Notes: generated by a model from the sequence alone, not told the origin. A stretch of 64,000 nucleotides of DNA from Eledone cirrhosa (GCA_964016885.1 OZ024741.1:129208001-129272000); one strand, 5' to 3'. Shown: positions 1-11,320, numbered from the stretch's first letter. Translations and numbers: made by a program.

Positions 1-272
1 AGTTATCGATTTCAAGATTTGAAGAGTACATTTAAAATTGTATCATAGAGAGCAATTAAGAAACAGTGTTAAACTGTTTCATTTGAATGTTATATCAGAA
101 TTACTTTTTATAGCATATCTTATTACCACAGTGTAATAATATGATTATCTTATATATTTATATAAAGTTATATCTGTATAAATATCAAGAGTGTAACTGA
201 GACTGCACTAACGTGTATAAATATATTTATACAGATATGACTTTATCATATTTTTTGGCTGCTAGCACACAC

Positions 273-307
<35 letters not shown>

Positions 308-375
308 GTAGAACACTGGAAGGTAATATCCGTAGTGGTAGAGCACTCAGTCCATGGGACGAGTTAAGTAGAAGT

Positions 376-507
376 GGTTACACAAGTTAGTTCACCATAC
401 CGAGAACAATTGTTTCACCTTAGCGGATCATCAGCTCCATTACGAGCTGAGGATCTGCTAAGGTGAAACAATTGTTCTCGGTATGGTGAACTAACTGTTG
501 TGTAACC
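376..507. mobile_element. Short fold-back element with a minimal hammerhead motif in each arm (PLE-type)
   Basis: About 60 bp inverted arms. The + arm reads CGAG-CTGAGGA-TCTGCTAAGGT-GAAAC-AATT-GTT-CTCG and the - arm reads GAG-CTGATGA-TCCGCTAAGGT-GAAAC-AATT-GTT-CTC. Stem I is CGAG/CTCG. Confidence 0.65.
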
Positions 508-509
508 TC

Positions 510-973
510 ACCTCTCCAAGACAATGTCACTGGACCGAGATCTTTGGCGCTACGCAGTAATACAGAAGACCCGCCTTGCCTAAGTGCAAAGCGAAACCTA
601 CAGTCAGTAGGCACCTCTTACCAAAATACACCCCCGTCCCACTACCCCCAACCCATCCACACCACCCCCTTTCGATGTAAAGTTATGTTGGTACCACAAC
701 ATCCAGTCCTAAATAAATGAGGTCGTGTAGGTGTCACGACAAAAAAACACACAGTCCACGCTGTAATGTGGCCGTGTAGGTAACACAGTAAAAACCTCCC
801 AGTCCACACTGTAAACGTGGTTGGTGTTAGGAAGGGCATCCAGCCGTAGAAAACCCGCCAGACAGTCCTATATGAGCAAGACAACCAATCTTGCCTCAAG
901 TGGGAAAATACCCGTCCAAACTCATGCTAGCGTGGAAGATGGACGTTAAACGATGATGATGATAATGATGATG

Positions 974-976
<3 letters not shown>
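510..976 (+). mobile_element. RTE-clade LINE, extreme 3' fragment (ORF end, 3' UTR, (GAT)n tail)
   Basis: Highly similar to 7409-7841 (HLSKTMSLDRDLWRY.VI.KTRL); ends ggacgttaaac(gat)n. Confidence 0.85.
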
Positions 977-1021
<45 letters not shown>

Positions 1022-1647
1022 GCACACACATATAAAAACATACATACATACATGATAAACATGTGTGTGTGTGTGTGTGTGTCATCATCACTGTTTACCA
1101 TTCATTTTTCCACACTAGCCTGGGTTAGATGAGTTGTTCCATTGTGAGACAAGCCAGGTCAGATGACCATGTCTTGCTCATACAGAACTGTTTCTGGGTT
1201 GGGTTTTACAGCTGGATGCCCTTTCTAACGCCAACCACCTTTTCAGTATGGACTTGGCACTTATTGTCATGTTGCCATCATGACTACTTTACTGTGTGGG
1301 CTGGGGACTTGGGTGGGGGCAGTGTGTGGGGGATTGGGGAGGTAGATTTAGGGATGTGTGAGGGGCGGAATGTTAGGACATGGGTGGAATGTTAGGACAT
1401 GGGTGGAATGTTAGGACATTGGGAGGTGTATGGAAAACAGATTAAGGGGAAGGTGGTGCATACTAAATGTATGTTTCAACATGTGCTCATGGGAAGGCGG
1501 GTCTTCTGTATTACTGCATAATGTGAGAGATCTCGGTCCTATGTCATCATCTTTGAGATATACAATTGGGTAAGATTACCTTTTATCACCTCCTAAGTCT
1601 TCCTACACACACACATACATGATAAACATGTGTGTGTGTATGTGTGT

Positions 1648-1996
1648 ATGTGCAATGTAAGTGTGAGAGAAAGGCAGAGCTTGGACAAGCTGAGGGAGAA
1701 GCTGGGTTTAAGATGAATTTGAGATGGTGTGCAAGAGAGAAGACGGCGTTGGTATGGATATGTGATGCACATGAACAATGATCGCTGGGTAAAGTAATGC
1801 CTGGAAATCCCAGTGGAAGGAAGCTGTAGTGGAGGAAAACCAAGAAAGACCTGGGCAGAGGTTGTGAGAGCTGACTTCAAATTGCTAAGATTGGCAGAGG
1901 AGAGGATGAAGGAATGCAGCAAGTGCATAGATGCTGTGATGAGCAGGACCCATCCAACTCCTGCAAGCATGTAAAAAACGTTTGTAAAAATGATGA
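1648..1996 (+). mobile_element. Degenerate RTE LINE 3' fragment, older subfamily with short 3' UTR
   Basis: Translates with stops as CNVSVRERQSLDKLREKLG...ERRRRWYGYVMHM...GKPRKTWAEVVRAD, homologous to the 6906-7484 ORF; ends in tgatgat. Confidence 0.75.
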
Positions 1997-2016
1997 TATA
2001 TGTGTGTATCTGTCTA

Positions 2017-2086
<70 letters not shown>

Positions 2087-2099
2087 CATGTATAGATAC

Positions 2100-2315
2100 T
2101 GACAGTCGATCGACTTTCGTCAAATCGGACCAAGGAAACAATGTTTCCATCGGTCTTTCCAATTGCTAATACTATCTATCGTATCTCCAGGTAGAAGGAG
2201 CAACGTGAAATAAAGTGTCTTGCTGAAGGACATAATGCATCACCCTCTCCAGGAATCAAACGCACAACCTCACGATTGCGAATCCAATTCGCAAACTACT
2301 CAACCACACGCCTTC
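2100..2315 (-). mobile_element. tRNA-derived SINE, family with gaccaaggaaacaatgtttcc tail (other copies about 23050-23260, 26225-26440, 63170-63352)
   Basis: - strand A/B-box-like head, then a CORE-like CAGCAAGACACTTTATTTCAC segment; four related copies in the window. Confidence 0.6.
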
Positions 2316-2331
2316 ACAAAAATAATATATG

Positions 2332-2408
<77 letters not shown>

Positions 2409-2602
2409 ATCGAGTGAAACACGGTCACCCAACCCAACTTGCCTCTAAATGAGACAAACCCGTTTAACCCATGCACGGAAAATGGATGTTAAACGATGAT
2501 GATGATGATGATTGTATATATACATGTTTCCATCTATCTATATATAAACATAAAACGAGTGAGAGAGAGGTGTGTCTGAGTTTATCTTGTGAATGTGAGT
2601 AT

Positions 2603-2664
<62 letters not shown>

Positions 2665-2968
2665 TTCATTTTTACCATCATCATTTCAGAATTTTATCTT
2701 TCCTCCTCTTCCACTCTTAGTCTGGTGTGGTCTGGTCTTGTCTGGTTGGGGAATTAGGGAGAGGATAAAATATCAGTTTTTGTATGAGTTTGTCTTTTGG
2801 GAGATTACAGTTGATTTTATTTTCTTAGATCCTGGCAAACTTTGACGGAACTTACCATTGCTACCATTGCTACCATATTCATTAATTTACAGCTGTTTTT
2901 CCATGCAGGCATAGGATATATGAATGTTTTGAAGGCAGTACTCTACTGCTTGATGGCCTTCCTTTAGT

Positions 2969-3197
2969 TTAACCCTTTAGCATTTAAACCGGCTTCATCT
3001 GGCCAGAATTCTCTCGCCTCTTTCTGTTCAAACCAGCTGTAACGGGCTGCTCATACTGATGTTAAGGTATCGTTCTCAAAATAAATAACATCAAAATTTC
3101 ATAGATTCGATATTATGTGAGATAATTATGTAAGATAAAGCCTTTACCTTGAAAATACAATAGTATATATAGAGCAATGTAAATGCTAAAAGGTTAA
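2969..3197. mobile_element. piggyBac-like MITE (TTAA-CCCTTTAGCATTTA TIR family)
   Basis: TTAA at both ends and TIR CCCTTTAGCATTTA / TAAATGCTAAAAGG; copies at 23684-23900, 33608-33820 and 34249-34478. Confidence 0.75.
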
Positions 3198-4941
3198 CTA
3201 ATATAATTATTACACTGGATTTCATTCATCATGCAGTTAAGCTGCAGGAAACCATACACCACCAGTTATTTCATCAAACATCATCAGCTTGATATTGATA
3301 AAGTTGGTTACATTACTAAATCCCTCCAAATTCTTGATTATTTTCAAAATGTGTCTTTCATTAGAATTAGGGTAACAAAACGGTTAATAGGTTGGCTGGG
3401 TGTCATTTGTGGATTATTTGGCTTCTATTTCTAGCATGTTGAGCAACTGGGGTGGCTTACTCTAGATACTCAATATCTGTGCCTTAGGGTATCTAATCTT
3501 AATGCAAATTGAATTGATGTATGAAGAATACAAAATCTCCACCATTGCCCCCCACCAGCAGCATCAACACCACCACCGCCACCACCACCACTGCCAATAC
3601 CATCTCCACCACCATTGCCACTACCACTGCTACTACCATTTCCACCACAAGAGACTCCCCCCCCCCCCAACACCATCATAGTCATATTGAAGTAGTTATT
3701 CTATTAACACTTTTATTAGATCAATGATTTTCAAGTTTTACAGTCTCCCACCTCTCATCTTATGCCTGATGACACCAACACCACCACTACATCACCAGCA
3801 CCACTACATCACCCGCACCACAACACCACCCGCACCACAACACCACCACCACCTCTGTAATGGCTACTTTTACTCACATGTATGAATGTGTGTGTATTCT
3901 AAACTGGAAATCTGGTTCTTTAAGAGTTAATCACTTTATAGGTTACAGCTGTGCTGACAATTCTTTAGTAAACATTGTTTCTCCTCAGCAGCTTGCTCTA
4001 CCTCACTCCTCCTCTGTCTCCTACTATTATTACTACTAATACCACCACCACTATCATTACCACTGCCATCATCATCACCACCACCACCACCAGGGACTGG
4101 AGTCAGCTTTGGCCATATCCTTGTCATCACCCAGTATGCAGGTTTTCAAAGCAGTGGATACAAGGTATCAAATGCAGGTCAACCTTCAGGCAGATAGTCT
4201 TCCTTAGACCAACACCATCTTGCCTGCCTCTATTCTGCCTTGCAGCCAAACAGTGGCGCAGGGTCAATTCAATGCCTTCCTCATTGATTAGTACCCTTCT
4301 TGATGATAAGTGCACCTGCATTGGAGTGTCTGAGTGATTCACACTCTGCATGTGTGAGCCAAGCTGGAACACAGCTAATTTCTTCCAGAGAGAAAAAGAA
4401 TTGATCCCAGTACAGGACTGGTACTTTATATATTTACTGTGAAAAGATGAAAGGCAAAGCTGACCTCAGACACAGAATTAGTTTTTTGACTCTAGTTGTG
4501 GTACAAGATAAAATGCACCCAGTATACTCTGTAAAATGGTCAGTGTTAGGAAGGGCATCCAGCTGTAGAAACCATGCCAAAAATAGAATATACGAGCAAG
4601 CTGTAATTCCCCTCTTTCGACCTCTCTACTCTCAGGCTTTCACAACTCATCCAACCCATGCCAGCATGATGATGATGAGGATGACATTTCTTAGATAGCA
4701 TCAATCCATTGTAATTAGTCTTACTTCTCACACCTGTTGTCTCTGCAGGGTCCTCAGCACTTAACTTTTGATGTGTAACTTATGGAAACAATTATATATA
4801 TATACATCTATATATGATAATATATAATTGCACATCATTTCAGAATTAGCTCAATGTGTTTATATATTATATTGGTCTGAAGAAAAAGTAGATTTTTTAG
4901 GGAGAAAGAGTTGGAAAGGCAGACATGAATACAGAACAAAC

Positions 4942-5660
4942 ATAATCAAATATACAGATGGAAAAGTTAGCTTTTAAATCATTTTGAATTCCTTACATAT
5001 GTTTCAAGAGAGTTGTACATCAAATTATTTGAATAATGAAATTATTGTGTACAGTGCTCAGGTGCACTACAACTCATCAAAGGTGCATGTATAGTACATA
5101 GAATAATGTACAAATGTCAGAAAATTGAACAGTGTACGAGTCATGATATACACAAAGACATGACTGCGTATGTATGGAGGGAGAATATCAGGTGTAGTGT
5201 TGGTGAATTTGGGAAGCATGGAAGTTTGAAAGATGCTAACAACTGATGCAGGTAGTTTGTTCCATGCTTCAGCAACTCTGTTAGGTGAAAATGCATATAA
5301 TCAAGATCTATACATATACAATGATATAGATGTACGTCTCCATCTTTGGGGGGGTTGAAAAAAACTTATCAAATTGAAGCAGTTGCTACGCCAATGGGTA
5401 GACTTGAGATATTTTCCATCCTGTGTAAGTTGGGAATTGAATTGTGGGTATATTCTGCTTCAATTTAATGTTTTTTTAAACCCTCCAAAGATGGAGAAGC
5501 ATAAACAATATCTATATATCATTGTGTATGTATAGATCTTGATTATACAAATTTTCACCTAATATTATTTGAAAAGTTTGATATACAACTCTCTTGAAAT
5601 ATGTGTAAGGAAGCAAAAATGATTTAAAAGATAATTTTTCCATCTATATATTTGATTATA
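4942..5660. repeat. Diverged long palindrome interrupted by a CR1-like fragment
   Basis: 4942-5035 plus 5281-5381 pair with about 5455-5660; 5035-5280 has no partner. Confidence 0.7.
5035..5280 (-). mobile_element. CR1-like LINE 3' end
   Basis: - strand encodes RVAEAWNKLPASVV, like the CR1-clade C-terminal RVVxxWNxLP motif; 3' UTR recurs at about 5719-5850 and 45510-45541. Confidence 0.6.
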
Positions 5661-5682
5661 TATATATATGTGTGTGTGTATG

Positions 5683-5723
<41 letters not shown>

Positions 5724-5855
5724 GAAAGTTATTGTGTACAGTTGTCAGATGCCCTACAACTCATCAAAAGTGCATGTATAGTACATAGAACAATGTACAA
5801 ATGTCAGGAAAGTGAACAGTGTATGAGTCATGATATACACACATGTATGTGTGAG

Positions 5856-6177
5856 TGTATTTTGAACAATGAAAATAAAAAAAAAAAAGATGTAGGTTGT
5901 TGAGAATACTCCATTGTTTAACAATCATTTCAGTGGGTTGATTGATCATGGTAAACCAAATGATCAAACACCATGTAGAGGTTATGTCACTACCTATTTT
6001 TAGTGCCAATACTCGAGATCAATCACTCTGTCTTTCTCATGGAGTGATTGATCTTGAATATCGGCACTAAAAATAGGTGGGGATGTAATCAATCAGCCCT
6101 CTGAAACGATCATAAAACAATGAAATACACTTAATAATCTACATCAGACCTATTTTATTTTCATTGTTCAAAATACA
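5856..6177. repeat. Diverged fold-back element
   Basis: Termini tgtattttgaacaatgaaaataaaa / ttttattttcattgttcaaaataca; inner cctatttttagtgcc / ggcactaaaaatagg. Confidence 0.75.
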
Positions 6178-6343
6178 TATTTTATTGCGGCCTGTGTACA
6201 TTCTCCAAAGATACTTTATGAAACCGGTGCCTACCAAAAAAGACTTAAGCCCTGAAAGCATTACCTTGATGAATCTACCACTACAATTCTGCATTGAGTT
6301 TTATCAACATTATCTTCTCCATATTAAATAGGTGTATACCAAA

Positions 6344-6439
<96 letters not shown>

Positions 6440-6523
6440 AAGTTATATTTAAAATTGTTGGGTTACAACTAGTAAATATTTATAACTGATATAAAAGCAC
6501 TCGACAAATATTTGGAGTATATT

Positions 6524-6872
6524 TACAATATTAAATAAATGGAAAACTATATTTATAAAACCATATTTATTTCATTATATATATTTCGGGGATATCATAT
6601 TAACAATATGTTATGCCTTCATCAGACAAAATACAATATAAACAGTTTTATAGATAAATATATTCGACATACCGTAATAACTGCTAGAGTAAACCTCTTC
6701 AAATGAAGTTGATGTTTATTACGGTATGTCGAATATATTTATCTATAAAACTGTTTATATTGTATTTTGTCTGATGAAGGCATAACATATTGTTAATATG
6801 ATATCCCCGAAATATATATAATGAAATAAATATGGTTTTATAAATATAGTTTTCCATTTATTTAATATTGTA
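6524..6872. mobile_element. Perfect 157 bp-arm palindromic element with HHR on both strands (PLE-derived)
   Basis: Arms 6524-6680 and 6716-6872 with a 35 nt spacer; flanked by (TA)n; unpaired extension at about 6474-6523 shared with 59975-60029. Confidence 0.85.
6763..6828 (+). ncRNA. Type I hammerhead ribozyme (mirror copy on - strand at about 6568-6633)
   Basis: TATTTTGT-CTGATGA-[stem II including CATATT/AATATG]-GAAAT-ATAT-ATA-ATGAAATA; stem I pairs with G-U; predicted cleavage after 6820. Confidence 0.7.
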
Positions 6873-6890
6873 TATATATATATATATATA

Positions 6891-7841
6891 TGTTCTATAG
6901 AAATAGTGGACAGCTTCCGTTACCTGGGCGACAAAATCAGCAGTGGGGGAGGGTGCTCTGAAAGTACAGTAGCTAGAGTCAGAACTGGTTGGAAAAAGTT
7001 CAGAGAGCTTATACCACTATTAGCTGCTAAAGGGTTCTCCCTAAGAATGAAAGGCAGGTTGTATGATGCCTGCATACGAACAGCAATGTTGCATGGCAGT
7101 GAGACCTGGGCATTGTGTGCAGAGGATATACGCAGACTAGAGAGGAACGAAGCTTGCATGCTCCGCTGGATGTGTAATAGTAACATACGTGAACGGCAAA
7201 GCATAAGCGAACTAAGGAAAAAATTAGAAATAAGAGGGATCAGATGTTGTTTACTCGAGAGAAGGCTACGTTGGTATGGTCACGTGATGCGCATGAAAGA
7301 CGACAGCTGTATAACAAAGTGCAGGGCAATAAAGATAGACGGTAGCTACGGAGTAGGCAGACCCAGAAAAACCTGGGACAAGCTGATAAATTCTGACCTC
7401 ACACACTTACACCTCTCCAAGACAATGTCACTGGACCGAGACCTTTGGCGGTACTCAGTAATAGAGAAGACCCGCCTTACCTAAATACAAAGTAAAACCT
7501 ACTACAGCCAGTAGGCATCTCTAACAAAATACAGCCCCACCCCACCCCATCCACACCGCCCCTTCAATGTAAAGTTAGGTTGGTGCCACAACATCCAGGC
7601 CGAAACAAATGAGATCGTGTAGACACAGTCCACGCTGTAATGTGGCCGTGTAGGCAACAAGGTAAAAACCTCCCAGCCCCACACTGTAAATGTGGTTGGT
7701 GTTAGGAAGGGCATCCAGCTGTAGAAAACTCGCCAGATAGTCCTCTGCGAGCAAGACAATCACTCTTGCCTCAAGTGGGAAAACCTCCGTCCAAACCCAT
7801 GCAAGCGTGGAACACGGACGTTAAACGTTGATGATGATGAT
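6891..7841 (+). mobile_element. 5'-truncated RTE-clade LINE (uninterrupted C-terminal ORF 6891-7484, 3' UTR, (TGA)n tail)
   Basis: VDSFRYLG...KGRLYDACIRTAMLHGSETW...RRLRWYGHVMRM...GRPRKTW are the characteristic post-RT motifs of RTE elements. Confidence 0.92.
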
Positions 7842-7854
7842 ATATATATATATA

Positions 7855-8231
7855 TCATCATCATTTTACGTCCACTTTTCCCTGCTTGCAAGGGTGGGAC
7901 GGGAACTGATTATGGTTTGATTTCTACAGCTGGATGCCCTTCCTAACACCAACCTCATTTACAGTGAGTGCTGGGCGCTTTTTTTTCCGTGGCGTCTACA
8001 CGTCCACTTTACAGTGTGGGCTGGGTGCTTTTTTGACATGGTACCTCCACGACCACTTTGCAGTGGAATGATAGGGACTCCAGTCCCTATCATCTCATTT
8101 CTACAGCTGAGTAAACAGGAGCAATGTGAAATAATGTCTTGCTCAAGGAAACAACACATCACCCGGTCTGAGAATTGAACTCACAACCTTTCGATTGCAA
8201 GGCCAAAGCTGTAACCATTAAGCCATGTGCC
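7855..8231 (-). mobile_element. tRNA-derived CORE-type SINE with RTE-shared 3' tail
   Basis: Close reverse complement of 60725-61066; head TGGCTTAATGG...GAGTTCAATTC, CCTTGAGCAAGACA core. Confidence 0.85.
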
Positions 8232-8351
8232 CCCCCTCTCTCTCCCTCTCTCTCTCTCTACACACACACACACGTAGAGTAGGATGGGCAGAGAAATTAC
8301 CTCTCTTCTCTGAATGAACATTATGTGAAAATTAATTTTTCTTTCCTTGTT

Positions 8352-8626
8352 TATTTTCATTTCCTTCATTATTATTATCACTATTTGTACAAATATGCAA
8401 CTTAACAATATTCTGCAAATCCGCAATTAAAAATGCATTTAATGCTGAAAGCGGTATTGTTAAATAGATTAATGTTTTGATATCTCACTGAAAAAAATCT
8501 CTTCAACATTTTCTACTGAAAGAATCTTTTTCCTTTCTACTATTTGTTTATATATATAACCAAACAGTGAGTGTGTTCTGTTATTAATTCTGGTAATATT
8601 ACACAAATATGACCCTCCCCAAGTAT

Positions 8627-8670
<44 letters not shown>

Positions 8671-8939
8671 ATACTTGGGGAGGGTCATATTTGTGTAATA
8701 TTACCAGAATTAATAACAGAACACACTCACTGTTTGGTTATATATATAAACAAATAGTAGAAAGGAAAAAGATTCTTTCAGTAGAAAATGTTGAAGAGAT
8801 TTTTTTCAGTGAGATATCAAAACATTAATCTATTTAACAATACCGTTTTCAGCATTAAATGCATTTTTAATTGCGGATTTGCAGAATATTGTTAAGTTGC
8901 ATATTTGTACAAATAGTGATAATAATAATGAAGGAAATG

Positions 8940-8945
<6 letters not shown>
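8352..8945. repeat. Near-perfect 282 bp-arm palindrome of PLE pLTR-type sequence centred on (TA)n
   Basis: Arms 8352-8633 and 8664-8945 with one visible mismatch; inner ends match the pLTR terminus at 39815 and 27121. Confidence 0.85.
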
Positions 8946-8976
<31 letters not shown>

Positions 8977-8991
8977 ATATATATATATACA

Positions 8992-9066
8992 CACGATATC
9001 CCCCCAAAATATATACACACTTCAACAGCATTCTAATCAAAGTCTGTGTACATTTTTGAGGACACC

Positions 9067-9068
<2 letters not shown>
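8992..9068. mobile_element. Degenerate copy of 78 bp Tc1/mariner-type micro-MITE
   Basis: Matches 63909-63986 (atacacacttcaa.agcatt.taat...tacatttttg.ggacacc.tg). Confidence 0.55.
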
Positions 9069-9136
<68 letters not shown>

Positions 9137-9572
9137 AGAGAGAGCACTACGATGTAATAAAAAAAATGCACCATAGCCAGTGAACTGATTCATTCGGCCA
9201 GGAGGGTGGTGGTGGGGTTGTGCTTGCGGTCTTTGTGAAGTGATGATGATGATGATGATGGTGATGGTGCATGTATTTGTGTGTGGGTGGTTTGTAACTC
9301 TTAAGACTTAGTTTCCTATTTGTAATGAATATGCTCTCCAATCCTATTTCTCCATCATCACACACTCACCCACTCAGTCAGTCTGTCAGTCTGTCTCTCA
9401 CAGACATACATACATATATTTACGCATAACCAGACAGACATATTTACACATATACACACTCATGTGGTTTGGTTGGGCGTTGGTGTGTTGGTGTATGTGT
9501 ATGGAAAACAAAAAAAAAAAAAAGAAACAAGCTATTCTTTTGGGTTTTCTGTTTGGAAAATCTCCCCGCTCC

Positions 9573-9579
9573 TATATAA
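9573..9579 (+). promoter_or_regulatory. Candidate TATA box
   Basis: TATATAA in unique sequence 160 nt upstream of a strong-context ATG and a splice donor. Confidence 0.3.
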
Positions 9580-9732
9580 CAGACTTACAGACTTTTGGCG
9601 GCAGAAAGCAGACACACTCTGGCTACATAGAGGAAGAGTTTTCTGTTCTTTACTTTCACTCCACCTTCATATTTCTTCAACTCTTCCCCTCCCTGCGTTC
9701 TCTACCGGTTGTTATTGTAGGAAGTATGTACA

Positions 9733-9747
9733 ATGGTTTTAATAGAG
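9733..9747 (+). CDS. Candidate first coding exon (MVLIE) of an AKAP9/pericentrin-like isoform
   Basis: acaATGG Kozak context; ATG GTT TTA ATA GAG|gtaacg is a phase 0 donor matching the phase 0 acceptor at 14330. Confidence 0.45.
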
Positions 9748-9889
9748 GTAACGTGCAATAATTATTATATTCCTTGTGTCAGAAACCATCATTACCATCA
9801 ACATTATCATTATTACCATCAACATTATCATTATTACCATCATTATTATTATTATTACCATCATTATTATCATCGTCATCATTGTTGTC

Positions 9890-10070
9890 TTGGCAGTATA
9901 GGTAGAGGGTCGGACGCCATGCTTTCCAGCATAGTTACGTCCCTTTACGATCTGAGTTCAAATCCCGCTGAGGTTGACTCTGCCTTTCATCCTTACGGGG
10001 TCGATAAAATAAAAGTACCAGTAATGTACTGGGTAATTGCTGGCCTTGTGCCAAAAAGTAGAAACAATTA
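9890..10070 (+). mobile_element. SINE with GCCTTTCATCCTTACGGGGTCGATAAAAT...GTACCAG domain (Meta/MESC-like)
   Basis: B-box GAGTTCAAATCCC; copies at about 10125-10270, 22780-22910, 25535-25750, 32985-33200, 53876-54056, 61210-61365 and 62615-62760. Confidence 0.7.
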
Positions 10071-10409
10071 TTTGATACAAAGGATGTTGTTCGATACTAC
10101 TACTACTACTAATAATAATAATAATTGTTTCTACTTTTGGCACAAGGCCAGCAATTAGACAGTGCATTACTGGTACTTTATTTTACCTTTCATCCTTACG
10201 GGGTCGATAAAATAGAGTACCAGTAATGTACTGAGTATTTGCTGGCCTTGTGCCAAAAGTAGAAACAGTTATTATTATTAGTAGTAGTAGGAGTAGTAGT
10301 AGTAGTAGTAGTATCGAAGAACATGCTTTGTGGCAAATAGTTACGGCATTTTAAGTTCTGAGTTGAAATCCCTCCGAGGTTAGCAACACACACGCGCTCA
10401 CGCTCACGC

Positions 10410-10411
<2 letters not shown>

Positions 10412-10460
<49 letters not shown>

Positions 10461-10530
10461 AGAGAGAGAGAGGGGGAGAGAGAGAGGGAGAGAGAGAGAG
10501 GGAGAGAGAGGGAGAGAGAGAGAGAGAGAG
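10412..10530. repeat. (GA)n microsatellite
   Basis: Direct reading. Confidence 0.95.
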
Positions 10531-10744
10531 TTTTAGCCAGAAATTTCTATTTCTGTGTTAAAGAAAACTGCCACATATGCGTGGCTACAGACATTGGAGG
10601 TGTTGCCAATGACAACAATGAAAACATCAATAATGACGGTTGGGGTGGACACACTACACACACACACGAAGTGAGGTCATAAGCCTTTTAATATGAGAGT
10701 TTGGTCTGTCTAAGCCTTACAACATATAAATAAATTTAAGTCAA

Positions 10745-11140
10745 GGATGTGTGTATTTGTGTGTGTATTTTGTGTGTGTGTGTGTTTGTGTTGTGCGTCT
10801 CTGAGTGTCCAAATGATATTGTGTGTCTGTCTACCCAATATGCATGTGTGTGTAAGCATGCGTCTGTCTGCCTCTGTTTGTGTGTGTGTGTGTCCAAGTA
10901 GGATTACATGCCTGTGTCTTTGTGTGTGTCTGTGTATATATGTCTGTTTGTATGTGTGTTTGTACCTGTCTGTGTGTATTTGTCGGTGTGTGTATATATG
11001 TGTTTGTATCTGTGTGTTTTTGTATTTGTGTGTGTTTGTATCTGTGTGTATGTATGTGTGTGTGTGTATCTGCATGTGTGTGTGTATCCGTGTATGTATT
11101 TGTGTCCGTGTGTGTTTGTATCTGTGTGTTTGTGCCTGTG

Positions 11141-11197
<57 letters not shown>

Positions 11198-11320
11198 GTT
11201 TGTGCCTGTGTGTGTTTGTATCTGTGTGTTCATATTTGGCCCTGTGTATTCCATTGTATATGTCCATATTTATATCTGTGTACATGTGCCTATAATTATG
11301 ATTCTGTGTGAGAGTGTGTG
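10745..11320. repeat. Degenerate (GT)n low-complexity tract
   Basis: Direct reading; source of the spurious C/V and H/T ORFs. Confidence 0.9.

Noticed and set aside
162-246. 24 bp inverted repeat near the window start
   Set aside because: Real but short and AT-rich, with no HHR core; cannot be assigned to a family.
3936-4372. Overlapping short ORFs of 64-120 aa
   Set aside because: Built on (ACC)n repeats, no recognisable domain or consistent splice sites.
4735-4780. Acceptor-like tctctgcag followed by a short open frame
   Set aside because: Short frames without a convincing donor or similarity to anything recognisable.
6524-6872. Interpretation as a miRNA precursor or ordinary MITE
   Set aside because: Arms are too long and perfect for a pre-miRNA; the one-sided tail and HHR fit a PLE origin better than a TIR transposon.
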